Made by a program: the position numbers and the translations under genes. Shown in pieces: positions 60,020-64,000 of a DNA stretch of 64,000 nucleotides (position 1 is the first letter of the stretch; every line of letters begins with the position of its first letter). The notes below the pieces were generated by a model. The model did no database searches. It saw only the letters and a program-made list of their open reading frames with translations, and was not told where the DNA came from. The DNA lies in contig OZ024750.1 of NCBI GenBank assembly GCA_964016885.1, positions 47,988,001 through 48,052,000 of the forward strand, written 5' to 3'. Origin of the DNA: Eledone cirrhosa (lineage: Eukaryota).

Positions 60020-61794
60020 TATATATATATAGGGAGAGTGAGGGAGAGAGATTTGTAAGTTATTGGTCATAATGCACAAGTGATAGATACCTATTTGCCA
60101 TATCCGTTTAAAGAGGAGCAAGCATGTGAAGCTACTTCCCTACACCTGATGTTTAAACAATTAAGGTATTGCTACCAAGACTTATCATTCAAATTAAGAT
60201 TGTTTTTGTCTTCAATGTAAAATGACATATCCATAATCATATGACCAAATATGAATTAACTGATTTCTAGGATATTAATTATTTAATTTGGTAATGGTGA
60301 GAAAGCAAGCGGGATTTCTCTATCATACTAGGATTAACATTTGAAGTGACACGCTGCAAACGTAATATATGAGTGATATAAACAATCCGTACACTGAATA
60401 GCAAGCCATGTTACATGTGTACGTAAAAGAGGAGTATACGCCATAAATACATAGTTATCTTTTGAAATTATAATCGCAAATGAAAGACAACGTATTTAAA
60501 TTGATTGTTATACGTCCTTCCTGGATATTTTTGAAAGATATGTTTTTAATCAATATGTTTAATCAATATGTTAACCTAGAACGTTCGACATTTGAACGGT
60601 TCCCTTTCGTACAAATTGCAATGAATGCCACAAAACGTGCAGCACTATTTTATTGGGAGATTTCTATAGTTTCTATATGTGACTTACTAAATGTATTCCG
60701 TAGATGTATTGGATTTTCTCTTCATCCTGTATCGGAACGAATGGGTATGATGTGTATATCGAATATATTGAATTTTTTTTATATTTTTTTTTATTTAAAC
60801 CAATATGTTTCTCTCCTGCCGGCTACTGAACTTTACGAGCACTGTATACTATCTCTTTTCGATTTTTCTTATTTTCTGATAACAGTAGTTATATTTCAAC
60901 AATTACGTGGTGAAAGGTGAGAAAATAATACGAACAAAGCAACACGTAGTGATGAAAAACACTTCCAATATAATTCCAAATGAAGAGAATTTTAAATACT
61001 TCAAAAGCAATGAACTAAATAGTGTATGTAAATGAAAGGAACCGTTAAGAATTAAGATAGTTAATGTATTACATTAATAGTTAAGAAGCTCTATGCCTTA
61101 ATACTTAATAGGAATGTTTTATCTAACTGACCTAGTTTTATAGTTATAATATTCTAATCTAAAGATTAAATAATTTTTCAAAATGGCAGAGAAGATAACT
61201 ACATTTAGAATACAGTGAACAGAAATTGACATAGAATGATTACATTTAACACGAATAGGAGGAAGTACGTGACTAATGTAACTGGAAAACTATCATATGA
61301 TAAGGTAGGTCTTGAGTATACGTAATATTGAATGAAGGAAAACCATTGAAAATAGCTATAAATCACGAACAAAAACAAAACCAAAAAATGTTTTGTTTCT
61401 TCAACAAAGCCAACAAAGACAACACGAAAGCTAGAATAAAGGAGGTGTAGGGGATAGGAGATATAACGGAAATTGTTGAAAGAGCTAAAAACTAATAAAA
61501 GAATTGCAATAACATAATCCCATGCTAAAACGATGGCAAAGAAATTCCCTTCATGCTCAATACCTGGAAAATGAACAGAATTGAAATACACGATGACCAA
61601 TCGCAAAAAAATGGTTGAAGGGCACATGATCTAGCGTTTGCAGTAGAGTATTTTTTTCGCGATACAAGATCAAACGCTTCTCACGAGAAAACCGAGAACA
61701 GGATATAAATGAGAAGATAGGCCATTTCACAATATATTGAGGTACGGAAAAAATAATTTCGGTTGACTATATTACAAGACGTATATAAAGGAAT

Positions 61795-62175
61795 AATTGT
61801 TTCTACTTTAGGCACAAGGCCAGCAATTATTCCAGTGCATTACTGTTATTTTATTTTATCGACCTCGTAAGGCTGAAAGGCAAAGTTAACCTCGGCGGGA
61901 TTTGAACTCAGACCAGAAAGGGGTATAACTCTATACTGGAATGCATGGCGTCCGACCCTCTACCGATTCTGCCAATCCACCGCCCTATAGTTGTTTCTAC
62001 TGTTGGCACAAGGCCAGCAATTACCCAGTAAATTACTGGTACTTTATTTTATCGACCCCGTAAGGATAAAATGCAAAGTTAACCTCGGCGGGCTTTGAAC
62101 CTTGATCGTAAAGGGACGTAACTACGCTCGAAAGCATGTCTGACCCTCTATCAATACTGCCAATTCACCGCCCTT
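61795..62175 (-). mobile_element. Two tandem tRNA-derived SINEs
   Basis: Same family as 7690-8135. Confidence 0.85.
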
Positions 62176-64000
62176 ATAAAGGAATAATGCTACCATATAC
62201 ACGACACTGTTGAAGCATTCAGCCTGAAGCCAGTTTAATGAAAGAGGAGGACAAGCTGTGGTATAGACCGTACACAAGAAATGTAACATGATCATATACC
62301 TAAGTACGTAAATCTATTCAGTCAAAAGGCAGCGTTTTCGAAAATAACAATATGTACAAAACATTTGTCAAGATATCATTTTTCCAATGAACCGGCCACT
62401 TGAAGGGGTTGCTTAAACAAAATGATGGTTTCACATGTTCGCACATGGCCAATAATCCTTGTGAGGAAAGAACAGTCGATTAAATCAACCCCAGTGACTG
62501 ATTAGTAATATATGTTATCGACCTCAGAAGGAAGCGACACAAAGTTCACTTCCATGGTACTTGAGCGTATAATGTAAATCGCCAAACTAAATACAACTCT
62601 GCTAAAAATAATGAATTCTAATTTAGGGATAAGGCCATGTCGATGAAATCAGCTCTAGATTTAGGCTGGTACTATATTTGATCGACCCGAGAAGGATGAA
62701 AGGTAAAATTGATTTCAATGAGATATGAAATCAGAAAGGTAAAAATCCAGAAAAAGTACGGAATAGTTTGTGCCCAATGCTCTGCCAAGTATAATAAATC
62801 TTATCTCCATATCGTCAGCTCCTAAAACAATATCTACAACAGAAAATGCAACACATTTCTAGCAGGGACAAACTAACAACATTTGTTTTATATTCATGGA
62901 ACGCGAAAATACTTGTTATGCCGTGAAACAATGATGGAAGAATAAAAGAAATGAATCCAGCACTGTATGCTGTTTATTATTTTGTACATCTTTTATGTAG
63001 TTTTTCTCGTTATTGTTCCATTATTAATACAGATAAGGTTGTATTGTTATGGCGCAGAAATTGTTCTGTGAACTAACATTTCTAGTCGGGTTTAATTAGA
63101 ATGATTACGTCCTTGAGGAAATTATGAATATCACATTTTCCCCATTAGTTCAGCTTTGCAGATATAAGTCTTCAGGATTGTCAGATCTCATTAATGAGGA
63201 ATGTCAAAACACATTTTTCCTACTAGGCTTTTTTCTTACAGGTTTCTCTACTGTTATTCCTCAGATGCTAATCAATATGTTCATTGTTGAAGATAAACAA
63301 AAAACAAATAGGATCTGAGACGAATAGTTGGCAAAAAAGATTGCTTAAAAACATCCGTCAAATAAGAAAGGCTTGTTGACTTTTTTTATTGGTGTTGTTA
63401 TTGAAACCCAGCCAAATCTATATCAAAGGTTTTCCACCACTGGCCATCATATTCTATGTTTTCATGTATAGTGTATTATTCCCAACTAAAAATAAATCCC
63501 AGTTTAATCTTTATCAGGCAGGAACATAATCAAATTGATTTCAGCAGTCACCATCACATTGTATGCTTCCCCGTATATTGTATCACGGACTATATTATCC
63601 AACATGATTAATTGTAAATTCGGATTGTTTTAAATGCGGCATGGTAAAATTGTATAGAGGTTCGTTTCAAAATTATAAAGTCCAGACTAAGCTCACACTG
63701 TCGAGAATCCCTTCTTATAGAATGTACTTGTATTTCAAAGGTCTAGTTCTGTTACATACACACTTTCCCTGATCATTTTATTAAGGCTACATACATATGT
63801 ATAAGTAACGTTTGGTCACTTTCCCACTTTCTTGATCATGCTGCTGCGATGATCCAATAACTGAAATAGTAATCATCGAAAGCGACTAATGTCCATTACA
63901 ACATATGCGCTGATTTAATACATATTTGACTGAACGTTCCAACATGATCAGCGACATGTTAAAGGCTCTATAATTGGCAATAACTGTGAAATATTAGCAA

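Overview
AT-rich eukaryotic, intergenic or intronic DNA dense in (TA)n/(CA)n/(GA)n microsatellites. The repeat content (tRNA-headed SINE with a Deu/Nin-type central domain, R4/Dong, Tx1, Helitrons) suggests a cephalopod such as Octopus; this is an inference. No intact host gene was found. Recognisable coding sequence is decayed transposon: one Neptune-type and three Naiad-type Penelope-like elements (PLEs), a Tx1/L1-type LINE, an R4/Dong RLE fragment and a Helitron fragment. The main signal is non-coding. At least six sequence-distinct families of short (about 0.3-0.6 kb) elements carry type I hammerhead ribozymes (HHRs), i.e. retrozyme-like or PLE pseudo-LTR-like elements, and almost all sit in (TA)n tracts. 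They are mostly arranged as asymmetric fold-backs with the same polarity: 5' ends joined in the middle, 3' ends pointing out into the microsatellite. The extreme case is a 4.5-kb palindrome at 53212-57740, made of about 8.4 + 6.2 near-identical 310-bp units with 14 intact HHRs. One insertion joins two different families head-to-head, and two families use a compensatory U3-A8 ribozyme core. All structures were read by eye; no folding or database searches were run.
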